From the NCBI GenBank assembly GCA_044222185.1, contig JBGANV010000001.1, positions 2,048,001-2,112,000 on the forward strand: DNA of 64,000 nucleotides. Direction: 5' to 3'. This document shows, one piece after another, positions 1-10,151 of this stretch. The stretch comes from Planctomycetota bacterium (GTDB taxonomy: Bacteria; Planctomycetota; GCA-002687715; CAIWVZ01). The notes under the pieces were generated by a model. That model ran no database searches. It was not told the origin of the DNA and saw nothing but the letters and a program-made list of their open reading frames with translations. Numbering within the stretch: the stretch's first letter is position 1; every line of letters begins with the position of its first letter. The position numbers and the translations under genes were made by a program.

Positions 1-223
1 CCGAGGCCTCCGGTCGGACGTATGCGGCTCGATCGAGCCGGCGATCGTCGCGAACACGGGAGCATACCCCGCAAGCAACCTCGACGCGGCCGCTCGGCGT
101 GGTCCTTCTCGGCTGGGGAGATGAGTGACCGCGCGAGCTACAGTGCGCCCATCGAATCGCGTGGGAATCTTCCGGCACGTCGCCGTTGCGGGTCATCCAC
201 GCAGGGATTCAAGGAGCCTGTCG

Positions 224-631
224 ATGTCGAAAGTGGTGAACCTCGAGAGCGCGCGGCGCGTGATCGTCGCCGCCGAGAAGCGCGCGAAGAAAATCAAACA
301 GCCGATGAACATTGCCGTGGTCGACGCCGGTGGAAATCTCGTCGCGCACGTTCGCATGGACGGGGCCTGGATCGGCTCGATCGACATCTCGATCACGAAG
401 GCCTTCACCTCGCGCGCGTTCGACATCTCGACGAAGGACCTGGCCCCGCACTGCCAGCCCGGCGCGCAGTTCTATGGCATCCAGGGCAGCAACGGCGGCA
501 AGATCCGAATCTTCGCCGGTGGGCTTCCGCTGAAGGATGAGACGGGCGCCGTCGTCGGCGCCGTGGGAGTCAGCGGCGGCAGCGGTGACCAGGACCAGGA
601 CGTCGCCGAGGCCGGAGCCGCGGCGTTCTGA
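224..631 (+). CDS. GlcG/HbpS (DUF336) heme-binding family protein
   Basis: Motifs MNIAVVDAGGNLVAHVRMDGA, SIDISITKAFTS, FAGGLPL, VVGAVGVSGG. ATG at 224 follows AAGGAG (211-216), so the track start at 125 is trimmed. Confidence 0.9.
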   Translation: MSKVVNLESARRVIVAAEKRAKKIKQPMNIAVVDAGGNLVAHVRMDGAWIGSIDISITKAFTSRAFDISTKDLAPHCQPGAQFYGIQGSNGGKIRIFAGGLPLKDETGAVVGAVGVSGGSGDQDQDVAEAGAAAF

Positions 632-640
632 TGCGAGTCG

Positions 641-662
641 CCCGGCCGCGCGGGCGGCCGGG
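641..662 (+). terminator. GC-rich hairpin after the GlcG-like gene, no U-tract
   Basis: CCCGGCCGC-gcgg-GCGGCCGGG, perfect 9-bp stem about 10 nt after the stop. Confidence 0.35.
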
Positions 663-991
663 GCTCGTCGCGGCGCCCCGCGATCTCGCGCCGGGTTCGA
701 ACACCCTTCGCCGCGAGGACCGTCGCGCGGCGCCGCGATGCAGGCATCGCGCGACCCAAGCCGTGCGGGTGCACCGGGTCCCCACTGCGCGTCGGTCCAT
801 CCAGGCGCGGCGTCGCCGGGCCATCGCTCGACTGACGGAGCAACGACGCACGAGCGTTTCCGATGAAGCACCTGGCGCGTCACCACACGAAGGCGAGGTG
901 CGCGCCGCGGATGCGCTGCTTCCATGGAACGGAGCGTCCATCCGTAGGCGTTCGCCTCGGAGTCTTCGACGTGAGAAGGCACACACCGTGC

Positions 992-1414
992 GTGAGGCTG
1001 CTTCTGGCCCTCGTCGTCCTGAGTCTCTCGTTTGCCGGATGCGGGCGCACGCAACCGTCGCCCTCCGAGAGGCTCCTCGGTGAATGGACGAACTCGGAGC
1101 GTCTGATCGCCGCCACCCCGGGAGAGGTCCGCATCACCTTCGAAGCCGGCGGAACCGCCCGCATCGCCTTCGATCGACACAGGTACGTGTTTCCGTTCGA
1201 CACGTTCCGCTGGTCCGTCGTCGGGCCGGAGCTGGTGATCAAGTTCGGAAACCCTCCGTGGCCCACTCCCAAGGCGGAGGAGGACTTGACGTTCCGCATG
1301 ACGCTCGCGTTCGAGGGCGATCACCTCGTTGCGCGAGGGTCGAAGCCGTCGATCTTCCAGCGAGTCGCGCTGCGACGAGTTCCCTCGGGAACGCCGCGAC
1401 CTGCGGACCGTTGA
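992..1414 (+). CDS. Hypothetical lipoprotein
   Basis: GTG start gives VRLLLALVVLSLSFAG-C (lipobox), followed by a small beta-rich domain (LLGEW...). Confidence 0.6.
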   Translation: MRLLLALVVLSLSFAGCGRTQPSPSERLLGEWTNSERLIAATPGEVRITFEAGGTARIAFDRHRYVFPFDTFRWSVVGPELVIKFGNPPWPTPKAEEDLTFRMTLAFEGDHLVARGSKPSIFQRVALRRVPSGTPRPADR

Positions 1415-1460
1415 GCACCAACGCGACGGTGGGGCGGGGCCAGGCCCCCGGGAAATCCAC

Positions 1461-1481
1461 CGGGCCGCGCGGCGCGGCCCG
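1461..1481. terminator. Hairpin between convergent genes
   Basis: CGGGCCGCG-cgg-CGCGGCCCG inverted repeat in the convergent gap. Confidence 0.3.
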
Positions 1482-1586
1482 ACGGCCCGGGCGCCCCGCG
1501 GCCATTGGCTTGGAGACGTCACCGCTTGGCGGAAGCTGGCGAAACCGATGGCGTCCGAGCGCGGGGTCCGCTCACCTGGCCGGCGT

Positions 1587-3095
1587 CTACTTCCCTGAGT
1601 TCTTCTTCGCTTCGCTCAGCCCGTCGAGCGAGACGCGACGCTTGGGATCCTGGGCGAGCACCTTCTCGAAGAGCGGAATCGCCTCTTCGTACTTCCCGAG
1701 CTTGTTCATGCACTTGCCCAGGTTTTCGAGGGCGTCGATCCACGTGGGATTGAGGGCAAGCGCCTTGCGGTAGAACTCGATCCCCTTCTCCATGTTGCCC
1801 AGGTTGTAGTGGTGGATGACGCCCAGGTCATTCACGACTCCTGCCTTCTCCGACGGCGAGGCGTTGGGGTCGGCCTGCACGAGCTTGGCGGCCTTCTCGT
1901 AGTAGCCGAGAGACTTCTCGTTCTTCGCACGCGCTTCGTCCCTCTTGCCGCGCATGGAGTCGGCCCAGTCTCGATAGGCGAGCCCCAGGTTGTTCATCGT
2001 GTGCCAGTCGGATTCACCCGCGGGCAGGGCGTACTTCTCGAGGAACTCCGTCCCCTTCGCGAACTCGTTGTTCTGGAGGAAGCCCTCGAAGGCGACGCGG
2101 TTCAGTTGCGAGAGGGGGCTCGTCGCGGGATCCGGCCACTCGGCCTGGAGCTTCATCGCCGTCGCGAACCACTCCCCCGCCTTGGCGGGTTCGTTCTTGC
2201 GGCCGTGGGCCATGCCGAGTTCGAGGGCCGCGCCCGCGTGGTTCTTGCCTGAGAGCTCGAAGCACTTCGTGTAGTTCGTGATGGCTTCGTCGTCGTTCTT
2301 TTCGATGCCGCGCACGTAGCCCATCCAGAGGTACGCGAGCGGGTCGTTGGCATGAGCCGTCGCCCACGCCTTCGCGAGTTCGTAGGTCTCCGCGAACTTG
2401 CCAGCCGAGAGGAGCTTGTCGCTCACGAGCGCCATGAGGTCCCCGCCGAAGCCGGCGGCGAGGTTCTTGGCCATGAGGCCTTTCTTCACGGTCTCCACGG
2501 CTTTGCCCTGGTTCTCGGCCGCCACGTGCGACCGCGCGAGCGCGAAGAAGTACTCGCTGTTGTCAGGCTTCAGCGCGACGAGCTTCTCGAGAACGGCGAT
2601 CGACTCCGCCGCCTTGCTCTGCCCGTACAGGGCGTAGCCCTTCCACTCGAGCGCCTCGGGATCGTCGGCCTTCAGAGCGAGGGCCTTGTCGAATGCCGCG
2701 ACGGCCTGCTCGAAGAACGCGTTCACCTTCCCGCCGCTCGCCAGCTTGTCGGACTTGGCGCCTTCCGCTTCCTGGCAGTGAGCCTTCCCCACCAGGAAAT
2801 GAGCGTCGTAGTTCTTCGGGTCGAGGTCCGTCGCGCGCGCCGCGAACGTCCCGCACTTGCCGAACTCGCCCATGCCGAAGTTGGCCTTGGCCCGCAGCAA
2901 CACGGCTTCCGCATTCTCGTGGACGAGCTTGGCGACGCCGGCCAGTGCGTTCTCGGCGTCCTCGTACTTCTCGGCGGCGATGGCTGCCTTCGCGGCGGCG
3001 ACGGCGTCTGCGAGCTTCTTCTTGTCGTCATCCTGCGCTCGCGCTTGCGGGACGACTGACAGAACGAGGAGGGCGGCGAACAAGAGCTTCTTCAT
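1587..3095 (-). CDS. Secreted tetratricopeptide-repeat protein
   Basis: Signal peptide MKKLLFAALLVLSVVPQARA-Q; many TPR units (e.g. ALENLGKCMNKLGKYEEAIPLFEKVLAQDP); GGAG upstream of the ATG at 3095. Confidence 0.88.
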   Translation of the reverse strand: MKKLLFAALLVLSVVPQARAQDDDKKKLADAVAAAKAAIAAEKYEDAENALAGVAKLVHENAEAVLLRAKANFGMGEFGKCGTFAARATDLDPKNYDAHFLVGKAHCQEAEGAKSDKLASGGKVNAFFEQAVAAFDKALALKADDPEALEWKGYALYGQSKAAESIAVLEKLVALKPDNSEYFFALARSHVAAENQGKAVETVKKGLMAKNLAAGFGGDLMALVSDKLLSAGKFAETYELAKAWATAHANDPLAYLWMGYVRGIEKNDDEAITNYTKCFELSGKNHAGAALELGMAHGRKNEPAKAGEWFATAMKLQAEWPDPATSPLSQLNRVAFEGFLQNNEFAKGTEFLEKYALPAGESDWHTMNNLGLAYRDWADSMRGKRDEARAKNEKSLGYYEKAAKLVQADPNASPSEKAGVVNDLGVIHHYNLGNMEKGIEFYRKALALNPTWIDALENLGKCMNKLGKYEEAIPLFEKVLAQDPKRRVSLDGLSEAKKNSGK

Positions 3096-3346
3096 CGACG
3101 ATCTCTCCGTGGGTGGATCGCGCGGATCCGCCATCGTCCCCTGTCGCGTCGCCATCTGACTGGCGCGCCCGGCCGGGATCGCGTGTGATCCGCCGCCTGC
3201 ATCGGCCGGGCTCGAGCGCGGTTCGCTCATCACTCGACTGCGACGGTGGACGAATCTGGCGGCACGCGCGGCGGCATGGTATCACCCCGGGCCCCGGCCG
3301 GAAAACACCTCAAACGGGGTCGGGCGTCACAGAAGGAGCCTGTTTC

Positions 3347-4819
3347 ATGGCCGCCGAACAGTCCGGCGATCAACGCGAGGTTCGTGTCGCCAAGCTCTCG
3401 CGCCTGCGTGCGCTCGGCATCAACCCCTACCCCGAACGTTTCGAGCGGACCCACAAACTCGCCGAGGCCCGTGCGCTCCCCGCCGGCACGGCGCCCGTGC
3501 GGGTCGCGGGGCGCGTGATGATGTTCCGCGTGCTCGGCAAGCTGTCCTTCGCGACGCTCCAGGACGAGACCGGCCGCTGCCAGGTCTCCGTTTCCCAGGA
3601 CGATCTCGGCGAGGAGTTCTACAAGGAGAACTGGAAGAAGCTCGTCGACAACGGCGACTTCGTCGGCATCGAGGGCGAGGCGTACATCACGAAGACGAAC
3701 GAGCCGACGATCCGTGCTCGGACGGTCACGTTCCTCGGGAAGACCCTCAGGCCGCTGCCCGAGAAGTGGCACGGGCTCACCGATCGCGAGTCGTGCTATC
3801 GCCAGCGGTACCTCGACCTCGTCATGAACCGCGAGACGATGGATCGGTTCCTCTTCCGGGCCCGTCTCGTGCGATCCATGCGGACGTTCCTCGAGAACGA
3901 CGGGTTCATCGAGATCGACACCCCCATCCTCTCGACGAAGGCGTCAGGCGCCGCTGCCCGCCCGTTCAAGTCGAAGCACAACGCGCTCGGCATCGACGTC
4001 TTCCTGCGCATCGCGCCGGAGACCTACCTGAAGCGCGCCGTCGTCGGCGGGTTCGACAAGGTGTTCGAGTTCGCGCGCTGCTTCCGCAACGAAGGCATGG
4101 ACCCGTCCCACCTGCAGGACTTCACCATGCTCGAGTGGTACGCGGCGTACTGGAACTACGTCGACAACATGAAGTTCACCGAGCGGATGGTGCAGCACGT
4201 GCTGCAGGAGACGCTCGGCACCCAGGTCGTGGAGATCCGAGGCCAGAAGATCGACTTCTCGGGGTCGTGGCCCCGGGTCACGTTCCGCGACCTGATCCGG
4301 CAGGACTGCGGAATCGACATCGAGGACTACCAGGACGTCGTGGCCCTGCGCGCGGAGATCAAGCGCCGCGCCATCCACCTGGACGAGGACATCGAGAAGC
4401 TCGGCCGCGGAAACCTCATCGACACGCTCTACAAGAAGGTGTCGCGCCCGAAGCTCACCGGCCCGCTCTTCCTCTGCGAGCACCCCATCGACCTGTCGCC
4501 GCTCGCGCGGCGCAACGACCACGTGGCGCATCTCACGGATCGCTTCCAGGTCGTCGTCTGCGGATGGGAGATCGTCAACGCCTATTCGGAACTCGTCGAC
4601 CCCATCGATCAGCGGCAACGGTTCGAGGAGCAGGCCGCGTTGAAGGCCGGCGGCGACGAAGACGCCATGGACATGGACGAGGACTACCTCCTCGCCATGG
4701 AGCACGGGATGCCGCCCATCTCGGGGTTCGGCATGGGCATCGATCGATTCTGCGCGCTTCTCACGAACTCGGACAACCTGCGGGACGTTGTGCTGTTCCC
4801 GCTGATGAAGCCGACCTGA
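3347..4819 (+). CDS. lysS: Lysine--tRNA ligase (class II)
   Basis: PLPEKWHGL, RQRYLDL, LRIAPETYLKR, FRNEG, EIVNAYSEL, GMGIDR, DVVLFP. AAGGAG RBS before ATG 3347. Confidence 0.97.
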   Translation: MAAEQSGDQREVRVAKLSRLRALGINPYPERFERTHKLAEARALPAGTAPVRVAGRVMMFRVLGKLSFATLQDETGRCQVSVSQDDLGEEFYKENWKKLVDNGDFVGIEGEAYITKTNEPTIRARTVTFLGKTLRPLPEKWHGLTDRESCYRQRYLDLVMNRETMDRFLFRARLVRSMRTFLENDGFIEIDTPILSTKASGAAARPFKSKHNALGIDVFLRIAPETYLKRAVVGGFDKVFEFARCFRNEGMDPSHLQDFTMLEWYAAYWNYVDNMKFTERMVQHVLQETLGTQVVEIRGQKIDFSGSWPRVTFRDLIRQDCGIDIEDYQDVVALRAEIKRRAIHLDEDIEKLGRGNLIDTLYKKVSRPKLTGPLFLCEHPIDLSPLARRNDHVAHLTDRFQVVVCGWEIVNAYSELVDPIDQRQRFEEQAALKAGGDEDAMDMDEDYLLAMEHGMPPISGFGMGIDRFCALLTNSDNLRDVVLFPLMKPT

Positions 4820-4840
4820 TGCGGCTCCGCGAGGTGCGCC

Positions 4841-4867
4841 CGGGAGCGCGACGACGCCGCGCTCCCG
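4841..4867. terminator. Possible bidirectional hairpin between lysS and the convergent gene
   Basis: CGGGAGCGCG-N7-CGCGCTCCCG, perfect 10-bp stem, no U-tract. Confidence 0.4.
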
Positions 4868-4876
4868 TGGCCTCGT

Positions 4877-7800
4877 TCACTTCACCAGGCGCATGATCTT
4901 CTCGACCGTCGAGGCCGTCGCGTTCGGATGGTCGAGTTCGAGGGCGCGATCGCGCATGAACCGGACGCGGCGCCGGTTGCGGACCATGTCCAGAATCTCG
5001 GATTCCAGCCCGCCTTCGTCGCGAACGGCGACGGCGACGCCCGCGGCGAGCAGACGATCCGCCACGCGCTCCTCCACGCCGGGCGTCGGGCGGATGAGCA
5101 GCATGGGCAGCCCGCAAGCGATCGCCTCCGCGACCGTGTGAGGCGTGGCTCGGGTGACGAGCATGTCCGACGCGGTCATGAGCTCGTGGATGTTGTCCAC
5201 GAACCCGAACGACTTGAGCAGACACTTGTCGTCGACCGGGACCTGCTCCAGTTCCTCACGCAGCCGGTCGTTCTTGCCGGCGACCACGAGCACGTTCATG
5301 GCGAACGTCGACGCCATGAGGCGGCGCACCAACGCGACGATGCGATCGGTCTGACCGATGCCGCCCGGGCGAATCATCACCGTCGGGACGTCCTTCCGCA
5401 GACCGAGCTCGCGCGCGATCGGCTCACGTGCGAGATCGAGCGAGAAGGCTTGATTCACGGGAACGCCAACGACCTGGATGTTCTCGGGCGGAACCCCTCG
5501 CGCCACGAGGCGACGCTCGAAGTCCGCGTTGGAGACGAGCCAGAACTTCACGAGCGGAGACCACCAGTAGTCGTGGTAATCCGGATCCGACGCCACGGCG
5601 ACGATCTTCGGGACGGTGACGCCTGCCGCGTTCTGCTGTTCGAGCCAGCGGAACGGGAGCCAGTGGCTGCAGACGATCCACTCGGGACGTCGGTCGAGCA
5701 GCGACTGCTGCAGCTTCTCGGCGAAGAGCGCCGTGAGGAAGTCGTCGAAGTCCGCAGGCATCATCTCCGCCGCGGTCAGGGGCGAGGTCTCGAAGGGCGC
5801 GCCGAACAATGCCGGACGGCGCTGGATGTCCTCGAGCACCGAGCGCACGTAGGGCGCGCGGTACGGGGCCGCCAGGTGATCGAGGAGATCGACCTCGCGC
5901 AACGTCAGGTTGCGATCGAGGATCTTCAGGCCCTCGGTGACCGCATGGGCGACTCGCAGGTGCCCGCTCCCCGTGCTGGCGCCGCAGATGACGACTTGTT
6001 TTGGGGGACGCAGGAACGGGATCAGGTCACGGAGGGTGACCCCCGGCTCGAGGCCACGCCGCCGACGCTCTTCGCGAGGGCTGTCGAGGGCATCGATGCC
6101 GCTGGACGACGCGCCCAGCTCCTCGACGTCGCGGCCTCCGCGATCGCGCCGGCCGCGGCGGCGCGTGCGGTCCTCGTTCTCGAGTTCTTCGACGAGCGTC
6201 CACTCGCGGCCGTCGTCTTCGGCTTCGACGGGCTTCGGCGCCGCCTCTTCGTCGGGCGGCAGGATCTCGTCCGGCGTCGGCTCATGGCGACCGGCGCGCT
6301 TGATGTCGCGGAAGATGTCGCCCTGGGAGCCCTCCCGCCCTGGATCCGTGATGGACACGTCGTGGCGAGATTCCGCGGCGACGTCGCGGCGTGGATCCTG
6401 ATCCGGATCCCGGCGACCGTCGCGGCGCTCGTCCCGGCCGCCCTCGCGGCCGCCGCGGTCACGGTCGCGGTCGCGATCACGCCCGCCGTCCCGCTCGCGT
6501 CCTGAGTCCCGTTCCCGGTCGCGCGACGCGTCGCGATCACGGCCGCCGTCCCGCTCCCGGCCCGGCTCACGGGCGGCGTCGCGGTTGGGCTCGCGACCGC
6601 CCTCGCGACCGCCCTCGCGATCGCGGCCACCATCCCGTTCGCGGCCGCCGTCCCGACGTTCGTCCCGTCCACCGCGACGATCCTGACGAACGCGATCACC
6701 GCGATCGTTCCGCCCGCCACGGTTGTTGCCGCCACGGTCTCCCTGCGGGCGATCGCCGGCAGGTCGGTCGCCACCACGCTCGGGTCCGCGATCGCCGCGG
6801 TCCTGTCGCTCGCCGCGCTCGCTGCCCCGGTCACCACCGCGGTCGCCCCGGTCGCCGCGTCCGACTCGCTCGCCGGTGCGATGCCGCTCGATCCGCTCCG
6901 GAGGCTCCGAAGGCGCGGGCGGAGGGGGCGGTGCACGGTGAAGCTCGTCGATCTCCTCCAACTCGTCGGCACCACCGAGACCACCGATCTCGACGACCTC
7001 GGGCTCGTCGTGTGATTCACGGCGCGCGGAGTCGGAATCCGACTCGGACTCGAGCCTCTCGTCGCGGGTCGATCCCAGCTCCTTCTCGTCGTCCCCTTCG
7101 ATCTCGTCGCGATTCTCGCCCATGTCGGTTCCTTCGGCGCTCGAGGGAGCGCCGTGTTGATCCTTCTGTGATTCTGACGACGTCGATCGATCGAGGCCGC
7201 GAACGTCGACACCGGCGTTGGCCGGGCTCTGCCGCAGTGTGCGGGCCACGATCTCTTCGACACGCTCGACCGCCGTTCGCAAGTCGAAGGGCTGCGACGC
7301 CCGCAGCGCTTCATCCTGGATTCCCTGCAAACGGGGCGCGTCTTCTAACAAGCGGACGAGAGCCGCTCCCGCGGCCACCGGGTCGTTTTCGTCGAGGAAC
7401 AAGGCCGTTTCGCCGTCGATGAGATAGGAGGGCGCCATCTGGGCGACGGACAGCGGGATCGCCGGTGCAACGTGCATCGCCATGGCGTCGAGGCAGGCCC
7501 CCTCCTGCACCCGACGGCCGTCCGCAACCAGCAGGACTTCCGCCGCCGTGTAGGCGGCGAAGGAGTCACGTGGGTCCAGGGAATGGCCGACCACGACCGC
7601 GTCCGTGCCCCCAGCGTCGGTGATCATCCGCTGAAATGCCGGCGCCGCCTCGGCCTCGGTCAGGAGGTAGAGCATGACCGCCGGCAGCCGGCCGTGGACC
7701 TCGCGCAGGACGGTGAGCAGCCGGGACGCCTCGGAGGGCTCGCAGGTGTCGAGTCGCGCCAGGAGCAGTCGGCGTCCAACGGCGCCCACTCGGACGAGGA

Positions 7801-8377
7801 AGCCTTCCAGGTCGCGGCGAGTCGTACGTCCGAACCGGAAGGCGTTGAGGTCCACGCCGTCGGGCACCAGGGTGGAATCCGCGCCGAACGTCTCGCGCAG
7901 GAGCATTCGACACGTCGGGCCGGCCGCAGCCAGGACATCTGCTCGAGCGAGCATGGCCTCGATCCGACGTCTGAGGTCCCGGCCCGGGACGTCGCCGAAG
8001 TCATGACAGATCCCCGAGGTGTCGCACCGCGCCCGGACGATCAGGGGGAGATCGGAATCGTTGGCCGCCCGGGCCACGACTTCGGTCAGCCGCGAGAGGC
8101 CGTCCGCGAACACCCATTCGGCAGCCGTCTCACGCAGATATTGAGCCAGGCGCTCCCGTACGGCCGCCTCCGCCTGGGGCGAGGGATCGTCCGTCGGACC
8201 GTCGAACGGCAGGCGCAGGACCACCAGGTCCTCCGGCGCCTTTTCGACGGCGGCCGGCGTCGAGACGACGCTGACCTGGTGCTCGCGGAACTGCATCCGG
8301 CGAATGAGCGACTCGACCTGCCGCCCGCTGCGAGCCGCAGCCCTGAAGAGACGCGGATGTGAGAAACAGATCCTCAT
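4877..8377 (-). CDS. Fusion: GT4-like glycosyltransferase domain, ~400-aa R/D/E/G disordered linker, MGDG-synthase/UgtP (GT28)-like domain
   Basis: N-term VPDGVDL...CLDAMA...IDGETALF; C-term STGSGHLRVAHAV, GVPV, VVAGKN, FGFVDNIHELM, EAIACGLP. One uninterrupted frame. Confidence 0.8.
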   Translation of the reverse strand: MRICFSHPRLFRAAARSGRQVESLIRRMQFREHQVSVVSTPAAVEKAPEDLVVLRLPFDGPTDDPSPQAEAAVRERLAQYLRETAAEWVFADGLSRLTEVVARAANDSDLPLIVRARCDTSGICHDFGDVPGRDLRRRIEAMLARADVLAAAGPTCRMLLRETFGADSTLVPDGVDLNAFRFGRTTRRDLEGFLVRVGAVGRRLLLARLDTCEPSEASRLLTVLREVHGRLPAVMLYLLTEAEAAPAFQRMITDAGGTDAVVVGHSLDPRDSFAAYTAAEVLLVADGRRVQEGACLDAMAMHVAPAIPLSVAQMAPSYLIDGETALFLDENDPVAAGAALVRLLEDAPRLQGIQDEALRASQPFDLRTAVERVEEIVARTLRQSPANAGVDVRGLDRSTSSESQKDQHGAPSSAEGTDMGENRDEIEGDDEKELGSTRDERLESESDSDSARRESHDEPEVVEIGGLGGADELEEIDELHRAPPPPPAPSEPPERIERHRTGERVGRGDRGDRGGDRGSERGERQDRGDRGPERGGDRPAGDRPQGDRGGNNRGGRNDRGDRVRQDRRGGRDERRDGGRERDGGRDREGGREGGREPNRDAAREPGRERDGGRDRDASRDRERDSGRERDGGRDRDRDRDRGGREGGRDERRDGRRDPDQDPRRDVAAESRHDVSITDPGREGSQGDIFRDIKRAGRHEPTPDEILPPDEEAAPKPVEAEDDGREWTLVEELENEDRTRRRGRRDRGGRDVEELGASSSGIDALDSPREERRRRGLEPGVTLRDLIPFLRPPKQVVICGASTGSGHLRVAHAVTEGLKILDRNLTLREVDLLDHLAAPYRAPYVRSVLEDIQRRPALFGAPFETSPLTAAEMMPADFDDFLTALFAEKLQQSLLDRRPEWIVCSHWLPFRWLEQQNAAGVTVPKIVAVASDPDYHDYWWSPLVKFWLVSNADFERRLVARGVPPENIQVVGVPVNQAFSLDLAREPIARELGLRKDVPTVMIRPGGIGQTDRIVALVRRLMASTFAMNVLVVAGKNDRLREELEQVPVDDKCLLKSFGFVDNIHELMTASDMLVTRATPHTVAEAIACGLPMLLIRPTPGVEERVADRLLAAGVAVAVRDEGGLESEILDMVRNRRRVRFMRDRALELDHPNATASTVEKIMRLVK
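6400..6870 (-). repeat. Low-complexity coding repeats (GRD/GGRE/RGDR units)
   Basis: Translation RGDRGDRGGDRG...RDGGRERDGGRDREGGREGGRE...RDRDRDRDRGG; boundaries approximate. Confidence 0.8.
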
Positions 8378-8512
8378 CGTCGAACGGTTCCAGACCCGGC
8401 GCGGCGGCCGGAATCAGCATGGTGTGTCGCGAGACCACGGCGCCGGGCACCATCCCCACATCCCGCACGCGATTGATGCTCCGCGAGATGCCGCCTAAGC
8501 TCTCGGCTCGTC

Positions 8513-9802
8513 ATGGGAAGGTGCCTTCGATCCTGCGTGCTGCTTTCCCTCCTTTGGGTAATGACCCTGGGCGGTGCTGCACAGGATACACGGCCGACCT
8601 CCCGCCCGGCGCCCTCCGATGCCGAGATTGCCGCCGCCATCGGGGACCTCGACGCCGAGAGTTTCGCGCGACGCGAAGCGGCGACGGCCGTCCTGCTGAA
8701 CGCCGGCGAAGCCGCGCGCATGCGCCTCCGCGAGGCCGCAGAAAGCGATTCCCTCGAACGGAGCACCCGGGCCCAGAACATCCTGGCCCAGATAGGCGTT
8801 CGCGCCGAGTCTCGTCGCGCCCACGCCGACGCCACGCTGGTCACGTTCCAGGCTGAAAGCCGGCCCCTCTCCGAAGTCGCCGCGAAGCTTGCGTCCGAGG
8901 CTCGGTATCCGGTCCGCGTCTCGGCGGGAGGCTCGGGCGACCGGCCGGTCAGCGTCACCTGGCGCGACACGCCGTTCTTCGAGGCGCTGGATCAGTTGGC
9001 CCGAGCCGCGGGACTGGGCGTGAACCGGGACCCTCGCGACAACACGTTCATCCTCGAGCCGGCGGTCGAGAAGCCGCCGCCTACGGCCTACGCCGGCCCC
9101 GTCCGCGTCTCCCTGACGATGATGTCCGTGACCCGTCAGATCCGCTTCGGCGGACAGGCCTTCGTCTCCGCGACGCTCCAGCTCCGAGTGGACGCGGAGG
9201 ATCGCGTCGACACGCTCGGCATGCTCTCGCCGCTGACGCCGGCGGAGATCACGGACGACCGCGACCGATCCCTGATGCTCGCCGGTCAGCAGGCGAGTCA
9301 ATCGACGTACGTCGTCCGTTCCGATTCCCGCCGACAGATCCAGACGTTCATCCAGATGCAGTCGCCCGAGCCCGATGCCAAGGCGATCAAGAAGCTGCGG
9401 TTCAACGTCCCGCTGATCCTCCCGGAAGAGCTCTTCGAGGCGAAACTCACCGAGCTCACGCCGTCCCCGAACCCGGCCGCGAGCCAGGGCAACTTCCGCG
9501 TGTGGATCGAGGATTGGACGGAAACGGCGGAGAAGCGTTCGGTCCGCATCAGCCTGGACCGCCCAGCAGCCGACGGCCCGCTCCCGCAGGCCTACCCCCT
9601 CTACGACGACGTCATCACGTTCCTCTCGCCGGATGGGACGGTGATCCACCCCAGAACGTCGCAGACGGCGCTCGGTGGCCGCAAGTACACGCTGACTGCC
9701 GAGCTGCCCGTAGGACCCGTCGGTTCGGTGAACGTCACGTCGCTGAAGCGGGCGCGCGTTCTCGACCTCATGTGCACGTTCGAGAACGTCCCGCTGCCCT
9801 GA
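8513..9802 (+). CDS. Secreted hypothetical protein with a HEAT-like helical N-terminus and a secretin/TonB N-domain-like segment
   Basis: Signal peptide; LDAESFARREAATAVLLNAGEAARMRLREAA; VSVTWRDTPFFEALDQLARAAGL. Confidence 0.7.
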   Translation: MGRCLRSCVLLSLLWVMTLGGAAQDTRPTSRPAPSDAEIAAAIGDLDAESFARREAATAVLLNAGEAARMRLREAAESDSLERSTRAQNILAQIGVRAESRRAHADATLVTFQAESRPLSEVAAKLASEARYPVRVSAGGSGDRPVSVTWRDTPFFEALDQLARAAGLGVNRDPRDNTFILEPAVEKPPPTAYAGPVRVSLTMMSVTRQIRFGGQAFVSATLQLRVDAEDRVDTLGMLSPLTPAEITDDRDRSLMLAGQQASQSTYVVRSDSRRQIQTFIQMQSPEPDAKAIKKLRFNVPLILPEELFEAKLTELTPSPNPAASQGNFRVWIEDWTETAEKRSVRISLDRPAADGPLPQAYPLYDDVITFLSPDGTVIHPRTSQTALGGRKYTLTAELPVGPVGSVNVTSLKRARVLDLMCTFENVPLP

Positions 9803-9806
9803 ACAA

Positions 9807-10148
9807 ATGATCACCCTCCGCGTGAAGGACCCGAGTCAGTCGGCACGGTTCTACCGGGACGTCCTCGGGTTCCAGGTCGAGATCGCAGACCAGTCACTGG
9901 CCCACGTCGTCCTGCCGCAGGGAATTCTTCGGCTGGTTCACGACGATCGGATGGACGAGTTGCACGGGCCCGGCTCGGGGAGGCACCGCCTTGGAGTCGG
10001 TGTCGAGATCCACGTGTCGACGCCGTCACCCGCCGAGGTCGCCGAGCGCATCCGGACCCGCGGCGGCTTTCTCGTTCGGGAATCGGAGGATTCGGTGACC
10101 GCCCGGGATGGCGACGGCTACGTCGTGACGTTCGAGCGCGCCGTCTGA
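9807..10148 (+). CDS. VOC/glyoxalase family protein
   Basis: ITLRVKDPSQSARFYRDVLGF ... RDGDGYVVTF; starts just after the upstream stop. Confidence 0.85.
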   Translation: MITLRVKDPSQSARFYRDVLGFQVEIADQSLAHVVLPQGILRLVHDDRMDELHGPGSGRHRLGVGVEIHVSTPSPAEVAERIRTRGGFLVRESEDSVTARDGDGYVVTFERAV

Positions 10149-10151
10149 GGA

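Noticed and set aside
2693-3346. N-terminal extension of lysS in the ORF track
   Set aside because: Overlaps the opposite-strand TPR gene; a strong SD supports ATG 3347.
6400-6870. Repeated GC-rich units as a CRISPR or non-coding array
   Set aside because: Imperfect in-frame codon repeats without unique spacers; no cas genes.
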